Virus record (IMG/VR): IMGVR_UViG_3300019854_000029
Location: 56,360-120,359 of that record
Length of the DNA stretch: 64,000 nucleotides
Strand: one strand, 5' to 3'
Origin: a virus
The position numbers and the translations under genes were made by a program. Below are positions 34,244-44,323 of the stretch, piece by piece; position 1 is the stretch's first letter; each line of letters starts with the position of its first letter. The notes under the pieces were generated by a model. The model saw nothing but the letters and a program-made list of their open reading frames with translations, had not been told where the DNA came from and did not search any database.

Positions 34244-35008
34244 TTAGTCCTTCCTGTATTCGGTGATCGCCATTTGGGTTTGCAAGAATCGAATGACTTG
34301 CTCGCTTGTCGTGTAGTCACGGTGAGACAGTGCGATAGCGGCGAGGATGGGCAGGGGGATAGGTCGTTCCCCGGTGGACATTCCTTCCACCCATGCGCTG
34401 AACGTGTACTCTTCCCTGCGGTAGTACGCCAAGCTGAGGACTTCCCGGTCTGTGGCATCTTCTAGCGTCGCGCACCTGACTCCACTCTCGATGAGCGCGT
34501 TGAGTTGGCCTTGGAGAGACTGGGCAACGATTTCGCGTCGCTTTGAGGACATGAACGCCCACTTCAGCAAGTCGCGTTCTAATGCGAGGACTGGTTCAGC
34601 CATGTCCGCCCACGTGAACAACCCGGCGTAGGTTCCTTCCAATACTTGGCCGAGGAGCGCGCTCATGGCTTCGTGGTAGTAGGAGCCGACGGGCGCGGTG
34701 GCTCGGGGGACAAACCCGGTTGGGAGTCCAACGAGGCTTCCGCTGTTGCGTTCAAGGAAGTAGAACTCGCCGCGTAGGAGTGCTGTTGCTTCACCGTAGG
34801 GGCGTGCTTGAACGTCGAGGACGGCTTCTTGGGCTTTGAGGAGCGCCTGAGTGTCCTTCTTGTCGTTGTGGGCCGCTGCGGGCGTTAGGAGGCGCTTAGA
34901 GGCCGTGTCGCTCACCTTGAGGGCCGGGAGCTGGGTGTCAGTAGTTAAGGGACGCATACTGCCTCTCTGTTGCTTCAACGGGCATCGTGTAAACGATGAT
35001 TCTGTCAT
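34244..35008 (-). CDS. Hypothetical protein (254 aa; alternative start at 34957)
   Basis: Long ORF co-oriented with its neighbours. Either start overlaps the 3' end of the upstream gene (by 20 or 71 nt). Confidence 0.55.
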   Translation of the reverse strand: MTESSFTRCPLKQQRGSMRPLTTDTQLPALKVSDTASKRLLTPAAAHNDKKDTQALLKAQEAVLDVQARPYGEATALLRGEFYFLERNSGSLVGLPTGFVPRATAPVGSYYHEAMSALLGQVLEGTYAGLFTWADMAEPVLALERDLLKWAFMSSKRREIVAQSLQGQLNALIESGVRCATLEDATDREVLSLAYYRREEYTFSAWVEGMSTGERPIPLPILAAIALSHRDYTTSEQVIRFLQTQMAITEYRKD

Positions 35009-36005
35009 CCTCAGACTGAGGGGGAACAGTGACCTGTCGGAACTCGATAGGTAGATCGTCTACCGGTTCCGCGTCACCGCTTTCCCCCGTTAAATCGAGG
35101 TCTTTAACGGATACTTCTAAATTGCCAAGTTCTAGTGAAATAGGGCCTAAACTCAGGTTTCCCACGAGGCCCATGTTGACGAACGGGGGTTCTCCAAACA
35201 GGTCAGCCGAGGGGAGTGTGGACGCGCGGGCGGGGAACGCTACGAGTTCGCGTCCCCGCGTGGGGTCAATCTGCCAGTAGCCGCCCGTCGTGTACCAGCA
35301 GCCCTCTGGGGTGAGGTTACCGAGTTGGAGGTCACGATTTTGGTAGTAGGCTTCCACCCATTTGGTCCACGACTTACCGGTGAGGTTCATCCATTCGACA
35401 GAGGCCCGCGTCACCGGGTGGTCGAGGCCCATGTTGTACTCTCCGTCGAGACTGTTCCACATGTCCCACTTGGGGTGGGCGTTCACCCAGTCTTGGAGAG
35501 ACTGATTGTCTTTACCGATAGTGTCAAAGAACAAGGCTTGGATGTCTGGAATGTCCCACATGGAGTGGAACACGGGCATTCCTTCCCCGAACGTGCGGTT
35601 TTCAGTAACCCAGATCAGGTTCGCGTCGTTTTCCGTATAGCGTTTGAGCCTGCTCTTTTCCCCGGCTTCATCTTCGAGGGTTTCAACGAGGAGTTCACGC
35701 CAAAAAGCCGCTTCGCAAATGTAGGTGAGAATGTCTTTGTTTTCCCCGTCTATGGGGAACATTTCGTCGAGTGCTGCTCGCGCGGTGAGTCGGAGGTGGC
35801 GGGGGTTAAGTGTTGCGGTGCCGTCGAGCTTCCATGCGCAGACGGGCGCTAGGTCATTGAGTGTTTGGTATAGGGCCGCTTCATCCCACGCATAGGGGAG
35901 AGCCTGAACGTAATGGGAGTACAAGCGCGTCAACGCGAGCTTGTAACGCCCGATATACGTCAGGGTGCTGATTGTGCGCTTTTCGCGCACCTGCGGGGTA
36001 AGCAT
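34938..36005 (-). CDS. Hypothetical protein (355 aa), first gene after the adhesin terminator
   Basis: ATG preceded by TAGGAAAC. Trp-rich, with no recognisable motif. Confidence 0.6.
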   Translation of the reverse strand: MLTPQVREKRTISTLTYIGRYKLALTRLYSHYVQALPYAWDEAALYQTLNDLAPVCAWKLDGTATLNPRHLRLTARAALDEMFPIDGENKDILTYICEAAFWRELLVETLEDEAGEKSRLKRYTENDANLIWVTENRTFGEGMPVFHSMWDIPDIQALFFDTIGKDNQSLQDWVNAHPKWDMWNSLDGEYNMGLDHPVTRASVEWMNLTGKSWTKWVEAYYQNRDLQLGNLTPEGCWYTTGGYWQIDPTRGRELVAFPARASTLPSADLFGEPPFVNMGLVGNLSLGPISLELGNLEVSVKDLDLTGESGDAEPVDDLPIEFRQVTVPPQSEDDRIIVYTMPVEATERQYASLNY

Positions 36006-36047
36006 CGTTTCCTATGGTCTGCGTTATTGGTTTGGTTTGGTATGAGT

Positions 36048-36093
36048 TGAGGCAGGTACCGGCTGGACTTGCTGGTTGCCGGTACCTGCCTCA
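36048..36093 (-). terminator. Strong hairpin downstream of the giant surface-protein gene (terminator without a U-tract)
   Basis: 16-bp perfect stem TGAGGCAGGTACCGGC (36048-36063) / GCCGGTACCTGCCTCA (36078-36093). Confidence 0.6.
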
Positions 36094-36195
36094 CTTCGTA
36101 GCCTACCATAGGCATGAGCATGGTGTATGCGGTTACATCATGTTTTTATCGTCTAAAACACGATGTTACGCGATGCGCACGCATGTACTTCACGC

Positions 36196-39100
36196 TCATT
36201 CTTCGTCATCACCACGCTTCTTGCGGGCCGCAAGGAGAATCCAACCCGCAACGAGGGCCATCACGCCGAACAATCCGCCCGCGACGATACCGATGTGGCG
36301 ACCAGTCCAGTTAAGGGCCTGACGGAACCACGAGGCGTTCACGTACACGTCCTTCACGGTGACCTCGCTGACGTTGCCAGCCTGATCGGTTGCCTTGAAG
36401 TGGACGTTATGCGCGGATGCGGACTGAGGAATGATGAGCGTGTACGTGTCATCCCCGCTCTTGGTTGCCTTCACGTCCTTACCGTCAAGGGTTGCAATGA
36501 GTTCCGTTGCGGTCATGTCACGCAAAGTCACTGTGGCAGTAACCTGAGTCTTACGGTACGAGCCGCCGTCAGTGATTCCACTGACCTGAATCTCAGGCTT
36601 CACGCTATCGACAACGAACGAGTAGGACAGGCGCGAAAGCTGGTCTTTGCCGCCCTCGGTTTGGGAGAACACCTGAACCGTGTAGGCACCGTCCTCCTTG
36701 AACACGCTCTTGTCCACGTGGTAGTGGTACACGTAATCCCCGTTTTCGCCTCCGGTGACGGTGACGCTCACGGCGTTCTTGGGTACCTCAATGGTCTTAC
36801 CGTTCAAGGTGACGCGGATTTCGAGCTTGTCATCGCGGAGTTTTTCAACGGTGATTTCGCTCAGGTCCACGTCGATAGGGGCCTTCACGTACTTGCCTTG
36901 GTAGGACGTTCCTTCAACGTCCACGGTGGAGCCGAAACGGTTCAAGATGAACTGGACTTTAGCGGTGTTACTGTTGCCCGCGAGGTCGGATACGGCTGCG
37001 TCCATCGTGTAGAGGTCGTCGGACTTGGCTTCATTGGGAATGACAGACAAGTCGAGGTGGCCGTTGACGACGGGGACCTTGAATGTGGTGCCTTTACGTC
37101 CCGTGAGAGTGACCGAGAGGCTACCGAGATCAAGGTTCGTATCCGAGTAGGACAAGCGAATCTCAGGGGTCTGGTAGTAGGCCGCTCCCTGAGTCACGCC
37201 TTCGATAGACAGCTCGGGCTTCGTCGTATCGACAACGAACTCTGGTTCGTTCACCGCGTTCGACTCATTGCCAGCCTGATCGGAGCTTGTTACGGCGAAC
37301 GTGTTCACTCCCTCGGGGAATGAAACGGTGGCCGTGTGAATGTTGCCCGCGTGCGACCAGCCGGAGACGAGGCCGGTGCCCGTGAAGCGCACGAGCGAGG
37401 GGTCAAAGTGGTCCTCAGTGATGGTCACTGTCGCACTGCGGGGCTGGTTGTAGTAGCGGCCCGAACGCGCGTCGTAGGTGTTCCACGATACTGCGATAAC
37501 CGGGGGAACCTTATCGACCGTGAACTGCTCAGAGTGGAAGCCCTGCGCCGCGTGTCCAACGGTGTCGGAAGCGTCCAGAGAGAACTCGTAGTCACGGTTG
37601 TCTGCGAACGTCATGGTGTTGGTCCACATGTCGCCGGTCTGGGTCCATGCGCCAAGCTCACCGGCCTGCCCGCTGATCTTGAACAGGTCGGGGCTGAAGT
37701 TCGCGTCCAAGACCTTGATCGTCGCGTGGCGGTCGGTGTTGTACATGTTGTTCGCGTTGTTCACGTCGAACGTGACGCTCATTTCGGGGGCGGTAGCGTC
37801 GATAGAGAACTGGACTCGCTTCTCAGCGGAGCCGCCAGCGTTATCTTCTACGCGCACCCATGCTTCAGTGTTCTCGTGGTCGCCGTTCACTTCGAGGGGG
37901 ATAGTGATGCCGGTGACGAGGTTCTTGTCTGTGCGAGTGACGTGTACTTGCGGGTTGGACACGTGGCCGTCAATGTCTACGGTCGCGTCCCCGAGAGTGT
38001 CAGCGCCAATACCCCAAGCGACGTGACGTAAACCGGAGTGGCCTGCGCTCGCTTCGAGGTTTGCCTTCACACTGTCGCGGTACAAGCCAAGCCCACTGCG
38101 GGTGTGAGTAACCGGCTCGGGGAGGGCAATGTTCACGTCGTTAGCGGTGATGGTCGTGTTCCCGTTTTCAGACACGAGACCGTCAGGCTGGGCGACGAGA
38201 GACAGGTTGCGCGCCTTGTCGGAGGCCACTGCTGAAACGAATCCCTTGAACCCGTCAGGAATGTCGATAGTGGCACCTTCGGCGGCTTCCACAGTGTGAG
38301 TCGTGCCGTCCGAGGAGCGGAGCGTGTAGGTGATCTTGTCTACGCCGGAACCGGTTTCAGTAACGTGCGCTGCGACCTTCATTTTTCCGGTGACAAAGAA
38401 CCCGTAACGAGAATCAGAGCCGCCGATGGTCTTACCGGGCGCATACGTCGGGTCAGTGATCGTGAACCCAGAGACAACGGGAGGAGTGCTGTCAATGGTG
38501 ACGGTGGCGATACTGGTCGAGGTTGAGCCAGCAAGGTTAGTGACATCAAACGTGATCTGGTACGTGCCGTCGGGCAGTCCCGCTGCACGCGCATAATCCA
38601 AAGTGACCTGCTTGACAGGGACAGGCTTGTTTTCTTCCGCACTGGGCTTACCTTCAGCGAGGGTAATACCGTTGACGGACACCTTGAACTTCTTGATGCC
38701 CTTCGCGTCACGCATGGTCGCCGTCTTAGGGGCGAAATCCACGAGGGACTTCGCATACGGGAGGTAACTGTCACTATCGAGGCTGAACGTGGGAGCGTTC
38801 GACGAGTAAATGAACTTGTGGGGCCAGCCGAGAATGTCACCAATGTTGAGGCGCTTTTCGCGTCCCACAGCGTCACGGACAGTAACCTCAACATTGTCCA
38901 CGTCCCCGTTATGGATGGTGAGCGTGTTCCCACTGATGTCAAGGTTTGCGCCCTGATTCTTCACGCCGCTCGCGTCTTTCAGCGTGTACGGCATGGGGGA
39001 ACCGTCAGTGGGAGTGAACGTCACGCTAATGCCCTTCTTGTTCGTGTACACGCCCCACGGGGTAGGGGTGAACACGTCACTAGAGCCTGTCGTGAGCTTG

Positions 39101-40221
39101 TAGTCCGACTGTGCGGGCGAGTACGCGAGGTTCGCGCTCCATGAGACAGTGTTTCCCGCACGATCATGGCCGGTGAATGAGAGCACGTGAGCGTGCTTAT
39201 CTTCCAGCGTGGACTGGGGAACCTTGAACTTGTACTCGGTTGCACTTGCTCGCTCGGGGGTGAGGGCAACACCGTCAAGGGTGAACGTCATGTACGAGGG
39301 CTTGAGGGCACCATCGTCGTGGAACTTGAACTCAAGGTCGCCAGTGAGCTGGTCGGTAATGTACTTCACGCCGTCAATTTCGCGTGCGCCAGCGACCTGC
39401 GCGGGCAAGTCGAGAACGGGGTTCACTGCGTCCGGGGGAATGACTTGGCCTTGCGGGAAGTCGATGGTGGATTCCTTACCCGCGTTGTCGAATGCTCGGA
39501 CCTTGTAGGAGCCGGGAGCGGTGATGGACAGGCTTGTGACCTTATCAGTGTTGCCAGACAGGTCTACGGTCTGGACAACGTTCCCGTCTTTCAAGAGTTC
39601 GGCTCGGGCGAGGCCAGATGAGCCGGTGGTTGATGCGTCGTTGACGCGCACAGTCCACGTGACAGCAGAGGTGGAGAGTTCACAGTCGTCCGCGTTGTTT
39701 GCGCCGCACCCACTGGCCGAGATGCTGCTGATGGTGGGGGCAATCGTGTCGTACATGTGGCCGATAGCGGTACTCAGCGTCCACTTGAGGTTCGCTCGTT
39801 TGGGCAGACCGCCAGCGGTCGTGGTGGTGTGTACGGCGATAGCTGCTTCATCAAAGTTCTGGATGGGAGCGTTAGCGAGGTTCACGGTCACCGTGTCGCC
39901 GTCTACGGGCAGCGGGTTTTCGTCCCCGTTGAATGTGACCTTGGACAGGGTTTGCCCTGCGGGGAGCGTGAGTTTGACCTTCAGCGTGGGGGCTTGCGCG
40001 TATGCGGTGAGCGGGGCCGCTGGCGCGTCGGGGGTCACGTCGGTAATGGTGCCGACCACGCCGTTGTCTGTTGCTGTGCGCGCTGTTTCAGGCGTGGATG
40101 GGGCGCTTGCGGGCGCTAGGCCGAACGCGGTGGTTGCGGGGAGCGCGGTCGCGGGTAGCGTGGTTGCGACTGTGGCGAAAAGTGCGAGCGCCGCTGTGGT
40201 GCGCGTCGAGTACTTCATCAT
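36196..40221 (-). CDS. Giant surface protein (~1340 aa) with ~9-10 bacterial Ig-like repeats and a C-terminal membrane anchor
   Basis: Signal peptide MMKYSTRTTAALALFATVATTLPATA. A recurring D.AGN motif ends the repeats (FDNAGKES, HDRAGNTV, SDQAGNES, SDLAGNSN, TDQAGNVS...). The C-terminus is LNWTG-like + a hydrophobic helix + ARKKRGDDEE. I prefer the start at 40221 (AAGGAC upstream). Confidence 0.7.
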   Translation of the reverse strand: MMKYSTRTTAALALFATVATTLPATALPATTAFGLAPASAPSTPETARTATDNGVVGTITDVTPDAPAAPLTAYAQAPTLKVKLTLPAGQTLSKVTFNGDENPLPVDGDTVTVNLANAPIQNFDEAAIAVHTTTTAGGLPKRANLKWTLSTAIGHMYDTIAPTISSISASGCGANNADDCELSTSAVTWTVRVNDASTTGSSGLARAELLKDGNVVQTVDLSGNTDKVTSLSITAPGSYKVRAFDNAGKESTIDFPQGQVIPPDAVNPVLDLPAQVAGAREIDGVKYITDQLTGDLEFKFHDDGALKPSYMTFTLDGVALTPERASATEYKFKVPQSTLEDKHAHVLSFTGHDRAGNTVSWSANLAYSPAQSDYKLTTGSSDVFTPTPWGVYTNKKGISVTFTPTDGSPMPYTLKDASGVKNQGANLDISGNTLTIHNGDVDNVEVTVRDAVGREKRLNIGDILGWPHKFIYSSNAPTFSLDSDSYLPYAKSLVDFAPKTATMRDAKGIKKFKVSVNGITLAEGKPSAEENKPVPVKQVTLDYARAAGLPDGTYQITFDVTNLAGSTSTSIATVTIDSTPPVVSGFTITDPTYAPGKTIGGSDSRYGFFVTGKMKVAAHVTETGSGVDKITYTLRSSDGTTHTVEAAEGATIDIPDGFKGFVSAVASDKARNLSLVAQPDGLVSENGNTTITANDVNIALPEPVTHTRSGLGLYRDSVKANLEASAGHSGLRHVAWGIGADTLGDATVDIDGHVSNPQVHVTRTDKNLVTGITIPLEVNGDHENTEAWVRVEDNAGGSAEKRVQFSIDATAPEMSVTFDVNNANNMYNTDRHATIKVLDANFSPDLFKISGQAGELGAWTQTGDMWTNTMTFADNRDYEFSLDASDTVGHAAQGFHSEQFTVDKVPPVIAVSWNTYDARSGRYYNQPRSATVTITEDHFDPSLVRFTGTGLVSGWSHAGNIHTATVSFPEGVNTFAVTSSDQAGNESNAVNEPEFVVDTTKPELSIEGVTQGAAYYQTPEIRLSYSDTNLDLGSLSVTLTGRKGTTFKVPVVNGHLDLSVIPNEAKSDDLYTMDAAVSDLAGNSNTAKVQFILNRFGSTVDVEGTSYQGKYVKAPIDVDLSEITVEKLRDDKLEIRVTLNGKTIEVPKNAVSVTVTGGENGDYVYHYHVDKSVFKEDGAYTVQVFSQTEGGKDQLSRLSYSFVVDSVKPEIQVSGITDGGSYRKTQVTATVTLRDMTATELIATLDGKDVKATKSGDDTYTLIIPQSASAHNVHFKATDQAGNVSEVTVKDVYVNASWFRQALNWTGRHIGIVAGGLFGVMALVAGWILLAARKKRGDDEE

Positions 40222-40235
40222 GTCTGGTTTGTCCT

Positions 40236-40817
40236 TTAGTTTGCGGTCCAACTGGACAGTTCTTCTATTAGTAATACGCGCTCAAGGGGATTCTCGGGAG
40301 TTACGTGAGCGCTTTCGTCAAGGAAGTTCGTGTGTTCTTCTTCATTCCCTACGCCTTGTGGGGCTTCTAGGAACGAGGTGGGGAGTTCTTCGTAATCGCT
40401 TGGGGTCTCCTCTTGCACTGGGACGGTTGTTGGCTTGGGTTCGGGTTGCACCTGCGGTTCAGGCACGGACTGTACCTGCACGGGCGGGAGCGTGGGTTCT
40501 ACCCGTGGAGGCTCTTGCTGCGGGATAGTGACGACGGGCGGAGGCGTGATGTCACCGGTCGTGGGGGCAAGATTGCCTGTTGTCAGGTGAGGCATTTGCT
40601 CACCCGCGCTGCGTGCCGCGAGCCGCGTGTACGTGTCGGTTGCGCTTTGGGTTTGCACCATGCGCGTAATGTCGCTGACTGCATCACGGTATGTTGCGCC
40701 AGAAATGCGCTTACGCATGGCTTTAAGGTCCCAGCGGATACTGAGGAACGCTGCCGTGAACAAGAACGCGAGAGCGAGGAATACGAGGATGAGCGCCGTG
40801 ATCGTGTAGGTCGTCAT
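40236..40817 (-). CDS. Single-pass membrane protein (193 aa) with a Pro-rich region
   Basis: N-terminal TM segment ALILVFLALAFLFTAAFL. 4-nt overlap with the kinase gene. Confidence 0.6.
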   Translation of the reverse strand: MTTYTITALILVFLALAFLFTAAFLSIRWDLKAMRKRISGATYRDAVSDITRMVQTQSATDTYTRLAARSAGEQMPHLTTGNLAPTTGDITPPPVVTIPQQEPPRVEPTLPPVQVQSVPEPQVQPEPKPTTVPVQEETPSDYEELPTSFLEAPQGVGNEEEHTNFLDESAHVTPENPLERVLLIEELSSWTAN

Positions 40818-42520
40818 TTTTGGTCCCCGTTCTCTTGGAAGAGCGTCGCAATGGTTGCTTTCGTCTTGTCGATCTTCCCCGCGAGTTCTTTAGCGAGTTC
40901 TTGGGGGCGACCGGCCTTAAAACCTTGGTGCTGCGAGAGGTAGGTTTGCGCTCGCTGCATTTGCTTGTCCATATCGTCCTTCGTCACGCCGTCACTTTTA
41001 AGACCATACGGGTTAGAGGTGATGGAGTCGAGAATATAGTTCAACACCGTGAGCTGGATGACCTCACTACTTGAGGACGTGTCGAGGCCCGTGAGGTTGT
41101 TCCAATACGTGCGGTACATGCCGGTGTCGCCGCCGGTTTGTACGGCTGAGGCGATATCACGGTTGAACGAGGCGAGGTTGTACAGGGCGGTTGCCTGCTG
41201 CGTGTTGTATCCGCCGTCGATAGCGTCCTTGAACCACGGTGCCGACAAGGTGAGACCGGAGGCTCCGCCGTCCCCTTGGTAGAAGAACCAATATGCCTCT
41301 CCGATACGGTATGCGAGTTCGGGGTAGCGCTTGTTCTTTTGGATTTCGTTCACGTTGTCGCGGACGAGGGGGATGAGGGTGCTTTCTTCTTGTGACGTGA
41401 AAACGCCGTCCCCTTGGATTGCCGCGTCGATAGCGTGGAAATAATTGTCAATGTCGCCGGGCTTAGCTTCAATGGCTTTCGCCCATCCGTCTACGGTTCC
41501 AGCTTTCTCGGCGGACGCGACGAGGGCCGTGTAGGAACTGGATTCCACGCTGTACCCATAGGCGAGGGACGCGCCCGCGCCACCAAAGCACAGTAAGCCA
41601 GCCACGGCGAACGCGATGATCGCGCGCACGCGGCTTTTCGCTGCTTTCACATGCTTTTCGTCGGTCTGCTTGTAGGTGGAGAGCGCGGCGACGACTTCCG
41701 TCATGGACTGGTAGCGTCGTTCGGGCTGCGTTGCGACGCACCGTGCGATGACGCGCGACAGTGCGGGGGACACGTTGGGGTTGATGACGCTCGCGTTCAC
41801 GGGGCCAAGAGGAACACCTTGAGCATCCATCTGCGGGAGACGGCCCGTGAGGAGCACGAACATCGTCATGCCGAACGCATAAATGTCACTACGCGGGTCT
41901 AGTGGTGCGCCGGTTGTCCGCTGTTCGGGGGGCGCGTACCCGCGAGTTCCGACAGCTTGGGGGTTCGTGTAGTTGTTTGGGGTGATCTGCTCGCTGATAC
42001 CAAAGTCCAAGAGCTTGATCGCACCGTTGTCGAGCATGACGTTACCGGGTTTGAGATCGCGGTAGATGATCGGCTCGGGCAGTGAGTGTAGGTAGATCAA
42101 GATGAGCGCGAGCTGCGTCATTTTGGAGACGACGAAATCTTCGGGGAGTTGCCCACCGGGAGCGTTTTTTGCGACCTTATCGAGGGAGGTTCCCGCAACA
42201 AAGTCCATGAGGACGCTGTACAAGCCGCCCGGCGTGTTGGTGTCGTCTTGCACGTCGATGATGTGGGGGATTCCCGCGTGGGAGAGTCCCTGCATGAGCT
42301 GGGTTTCAGCTTTCAGACTGTCGAGGACTTTCTGGGCTTGGAGGAGTTGCCGCCCACGGTAGGAGCCGTCGGGGGCTGCGACTTCTTTGAGTGCGACGGG
42401 TTTTTGGAGTTTCGTGTCGTAAGCACGGTAAACGCGGCTGAACGTGCCGTCGTGCATGAGCGCGTCGATCTGGTAGCGCCCGTGGAGGAACGTTGTTCCT
42501 ACTTGTCTCGGCGTGGTCAT
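40814..42520 (-). CDS. Hanks-type Ser/Thr protein kinase with a TM segment and a ~250-aa extracytoplasmic domain
   Basis: VALKEV (catalytic Lys), YRDLKPGNVML, LLDFGIS, GTRGYAPPE. TM segment AIIAFAVAGLLCFGGAGASLA followed by a helical-repeat-looking C-terminal domain. Confidence 0.85.
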   Translation of the reverse strand: MTTPRQVGTTFLHGRYQIDALMHDGTFSRVYRAYDTKLQKPVALKEVAAPDGSYRGRQLLQAQKVLDSLKAETQLMQGLSHAGIPHIIDVQDDTNTPGGLYSVLMDFVAGTSLDKVAKNAPGGQLPEDFVVSKMTQLALILIYLHSLPEPIIYRDLKPGNVMLDNGAIKLLDFGISEQITPNNYTNPQAVGTRGYAPPEQRTTGAPLDPRSDIYAFGMTMFVLLTGRLPQMDAQGVPLGPVNASVINPNVSPALSRVIARCVATQPERRYQSMTEVVAALSTYKQTDEKHVKAAKSRVRAIIAFAVAGLLCFGGAGASLAYGYSVESSSYTALVASAEKAGTVDGWAKAIEAKPGDIDNYFHAIDAAIQGDGVFTSQEESTLIPLVRDNVNEIQKNKRYPELAYRIGEAYWFFYQGDGGASGLTLSAPWFKDAIDGGYNTQQATALYNLASFNRDIASAVQTGGDTGMYRTYWNNLTGLDTSSSSEVIQLTVLNYILDSITSNPYGLKSDGVTKDDMDKQMQRAQTYLSQHQGFKAGRPQELAKELAGKIDKTKATIATLFQENGDQK

Positions 42521-43230
42521 AGGAGTTCTCCGGCGTTGATGAGGATTGCTGTGATGTTGTCGCTTTCCCCGTTCGCAATGGCCCTGCCTGCGAGGGTTTC
42601 AAGGCCGGTTTGCGCATTGCCGGGGAGGTAGTTGTTTTCTCGCTCAAACTCATGCCAGAACCCGTCCGAACACAGGAGGAAACTATCGCTGGCAGAGTAT
42701 TCACCGACGTAGGTGTCGGGTCGGGCTTTCTCACTGTTACGGTGGCCGAGGCCACGGGTGATGCTACTGCGGTATTTCGCGTGAATCTGGGGGGTGATTT
42801 CAACGCCGCGTTCACGTAGTTCAGCGAGTTTACTGTGGTCTCGGGTGAGTTGGAGGGCTTGGCTACCTGCTTTAAGCATGTATGCGCGCGAGTCTCCAAC
42901 ATGAACGATGGTGTAGCGGCCCATGTAAGCACGCAACACGGTCAGGGTCGTGTTCCCGGCTGCTTCGCGTGCTTTCTGGTGCGCGCGGGCGACAGCTTGG
43001 ACGAGTTGCCCGTCTGAGACGTTCCCGGTTGCTACGAGGTCGAGGAATGTTTGCCCCGCGCCGATGGACGCGAGGCGACCGTTGGGACCTTCACCACCAA
43101 CACCGTCTGCGACGAGCGCGACTATGCCGGTATGCCCTGCGGCCTCAAACAGTGCTGCCGCGTAACTGTCTTGGTTTTCTCGCCTGCCGTTAACGTTCGT
43201 GTAGGTGGAGACAATGTCGGTGATGCTCAC
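42517..43230 (-). CDS. PP2C-family Ser/Thr phosphatase
   Basis: NQDSY..., ALVADGVGGEGPNGRLAS, VHVGDSRAYM, LLCSDGFW, SDNITAILI. ATGA overlap with the kinase gene. Confidence 0.85.
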   Translation of the reverse strand: MSITDIVSTYTNVNGRRENQDSYAAALFEAAGHTGIVALVADGVGGEGPNGRLASIGAGQTFLDLVATGNVSDGQLVQAVARAHQKAREAAGNTTLTVLRAYMGRYTIVHVGDSRAYMLKAGSQALQLTRDHSKLAELRERGVEITPQIHAKYRSSITRGLGHRNSEKARPDTYVGEYSASDSFLLCSDGFWHEFERENNYLPGNAQTGLETLAGRAIANGESDNITAILINAGELL

Positions 43231-44318
43231 AGTTCCTCCATGATCTCGAATGGGATGTCTCCAAGAAGAAGAGAGTGTACGGGGAGACTGGTTTCCACGG
43301 GCACGTTGGGGGAGAGCACGTGTGAGCCGAGTTTCGTTTTGTTCGTGGAGCCAAGGTCGGTGATCGTGATGGTTCCGCGCTGGGGGTTGATGTCGAGGCG
43401 CGCGTGGTGGCGGCTGATGACTCGCTTCGCGTCACCGTGTCCGACGGGGATTTCACTGGACGTGGGGGAACGTCCGATGATCGCCGGGTGCGTGGGAACC
43501 GGGTAGGTTTCCCCGGTGACGAGGTTGCGGAGCACCCACTGTGAAGTGTCTGCTTCTTCGTCGAGGAACCCGGTGAGTTCGTCTGCGTCGCTGTAGGTGA
43601 CGGGCGCGGGCTGCGGGGGTGGCATGTGGATGGGCATGTCGGTGGGTGCGGGCATCACGGGAACCTGCGGGGTGGGTGCTGTTGCCGGTTCCACCACCGG
43701 CTGAGGCATGGGAGGTGCCTGTTCGATGACGGGTTCAGGTACCACGACGGGGGCTTCTTCAACCACGGGCATCATGGGTTGCGGGGGCATGATAGGCTCC
43801 GGCTCTACCACAGGCATAGGCTCGGGCTGTGGGGGCATAACAGGTTCCGGCTCGGGTTCCATCACGGGCATAGGAGCGGGCTGCATGGGTTCTTGCGGGG
43901 CGGGGCCACCGTAAGCTGCGATGAGGTTCGCCGGAGCGCACGCGGGGAACGTTTGGATGGGCATATCGACAACGAGGTCACTGATGGACGCGGGAGAGGG
44001 CGCATCGAGGAGGGGCTTGCGCTTATTGCGCGCAAGATACTTCGTGATGCTGTCCCACTGGGCTGCGATGTCTTTGGAAATGAAGTCCCACAGGTCGAAT
44101 CCTGTGTTCGCGCCGGGGTTGACGACAACCCACACGTGGCCTTCACTGTTGGCTGCGAAACCTACTGCGTCACGCCAGTTCCCGCCTTCCTTACGGAAAG
44201 CGTTCCATGCTGCGACGACACTGTTCAGTGCGTCGGGTGTGGGGCATCCGTTGATGGGGGTGAGGCCAATGTTTCGCGCGTCTTTGGCGAGTACTGCGGT
44301 GTTGATGGGAGCGTTCAT
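43227..44318 (-). CDS. FHA-domain protein (unknown N-terminal domain, Pro-rich repeat linker, C-terminal FHA)
   Basis: The C-terminal ...AIIGRSPTSS...VISRHHARLDINPQRGTITITDLGSTNKTKL... is a canonical FHA core. The linker repeats PEPxMPPQPxMPVVE. Confidence 0.8.
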   Translation of the reverse strand: MNAPINTAVLAKDARNIGLTPINGCPTPDALNSVVAAWNAFRKEGGNWRDAVGFAANSEGHVWVVVNPGANTGFDLWDFISKDIAAQWDSITKYLARNKRKPLLDAPSPASISDLVVDMPIQTFPACAPANLIAAYGGPAPQEPMQPAPMPVMEPEPEPVMPPQPEPMPVVEPEPIMPPQPMMPVVEEAPVVVPEPVIEQAPPMPQPVVEPATAPTPQVPVMPAPTDMPIHMPPPQPAPVTYSDADELTGFLDEEADTSQWVLRNLVTGETYPVPTHPAIIGRSPTSSEIPVGHGDAKRVISRHHARLDINPQRGTITITDLGSTNKTKLGSHVLSPNVPVETSLPVHSLLLGDIPFEIMEEL

Positions 44319-44323
44319 CGGTG

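Noticed and set aside
33964-34458. 164-aa version of the ORF ending at 33964.
   Set aside because: Its first ~73 codons overlap the 3' part of the upstream gene 34244-35008 in another frame. An ATG at 34239, 5 nt after that gene's stop, gives a 91-aa product consistent with the coupling seen throughout the operon.
36095-36112. TATGGTAGGCTACGAAG (minus-strand reading) as a seventh or eighth copy of the promoter module, also resembling 4976-4993.
   Set aside because: Only the TAGG(C)TAC core matches and the GCCAT box is absent. It also abuts the terminator hairpin of the upstream gene. It is mentioned as a possible degenerate relative only.
43600-43900. Repetitive DNA inside the FHA-protein gene.
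   Set aside because: The periodicity is explained by the coding Pro-rich repeat (PEPxMPPQPxMPVVE) of the linker. The frame is intact, so it is not a separate repeat element.
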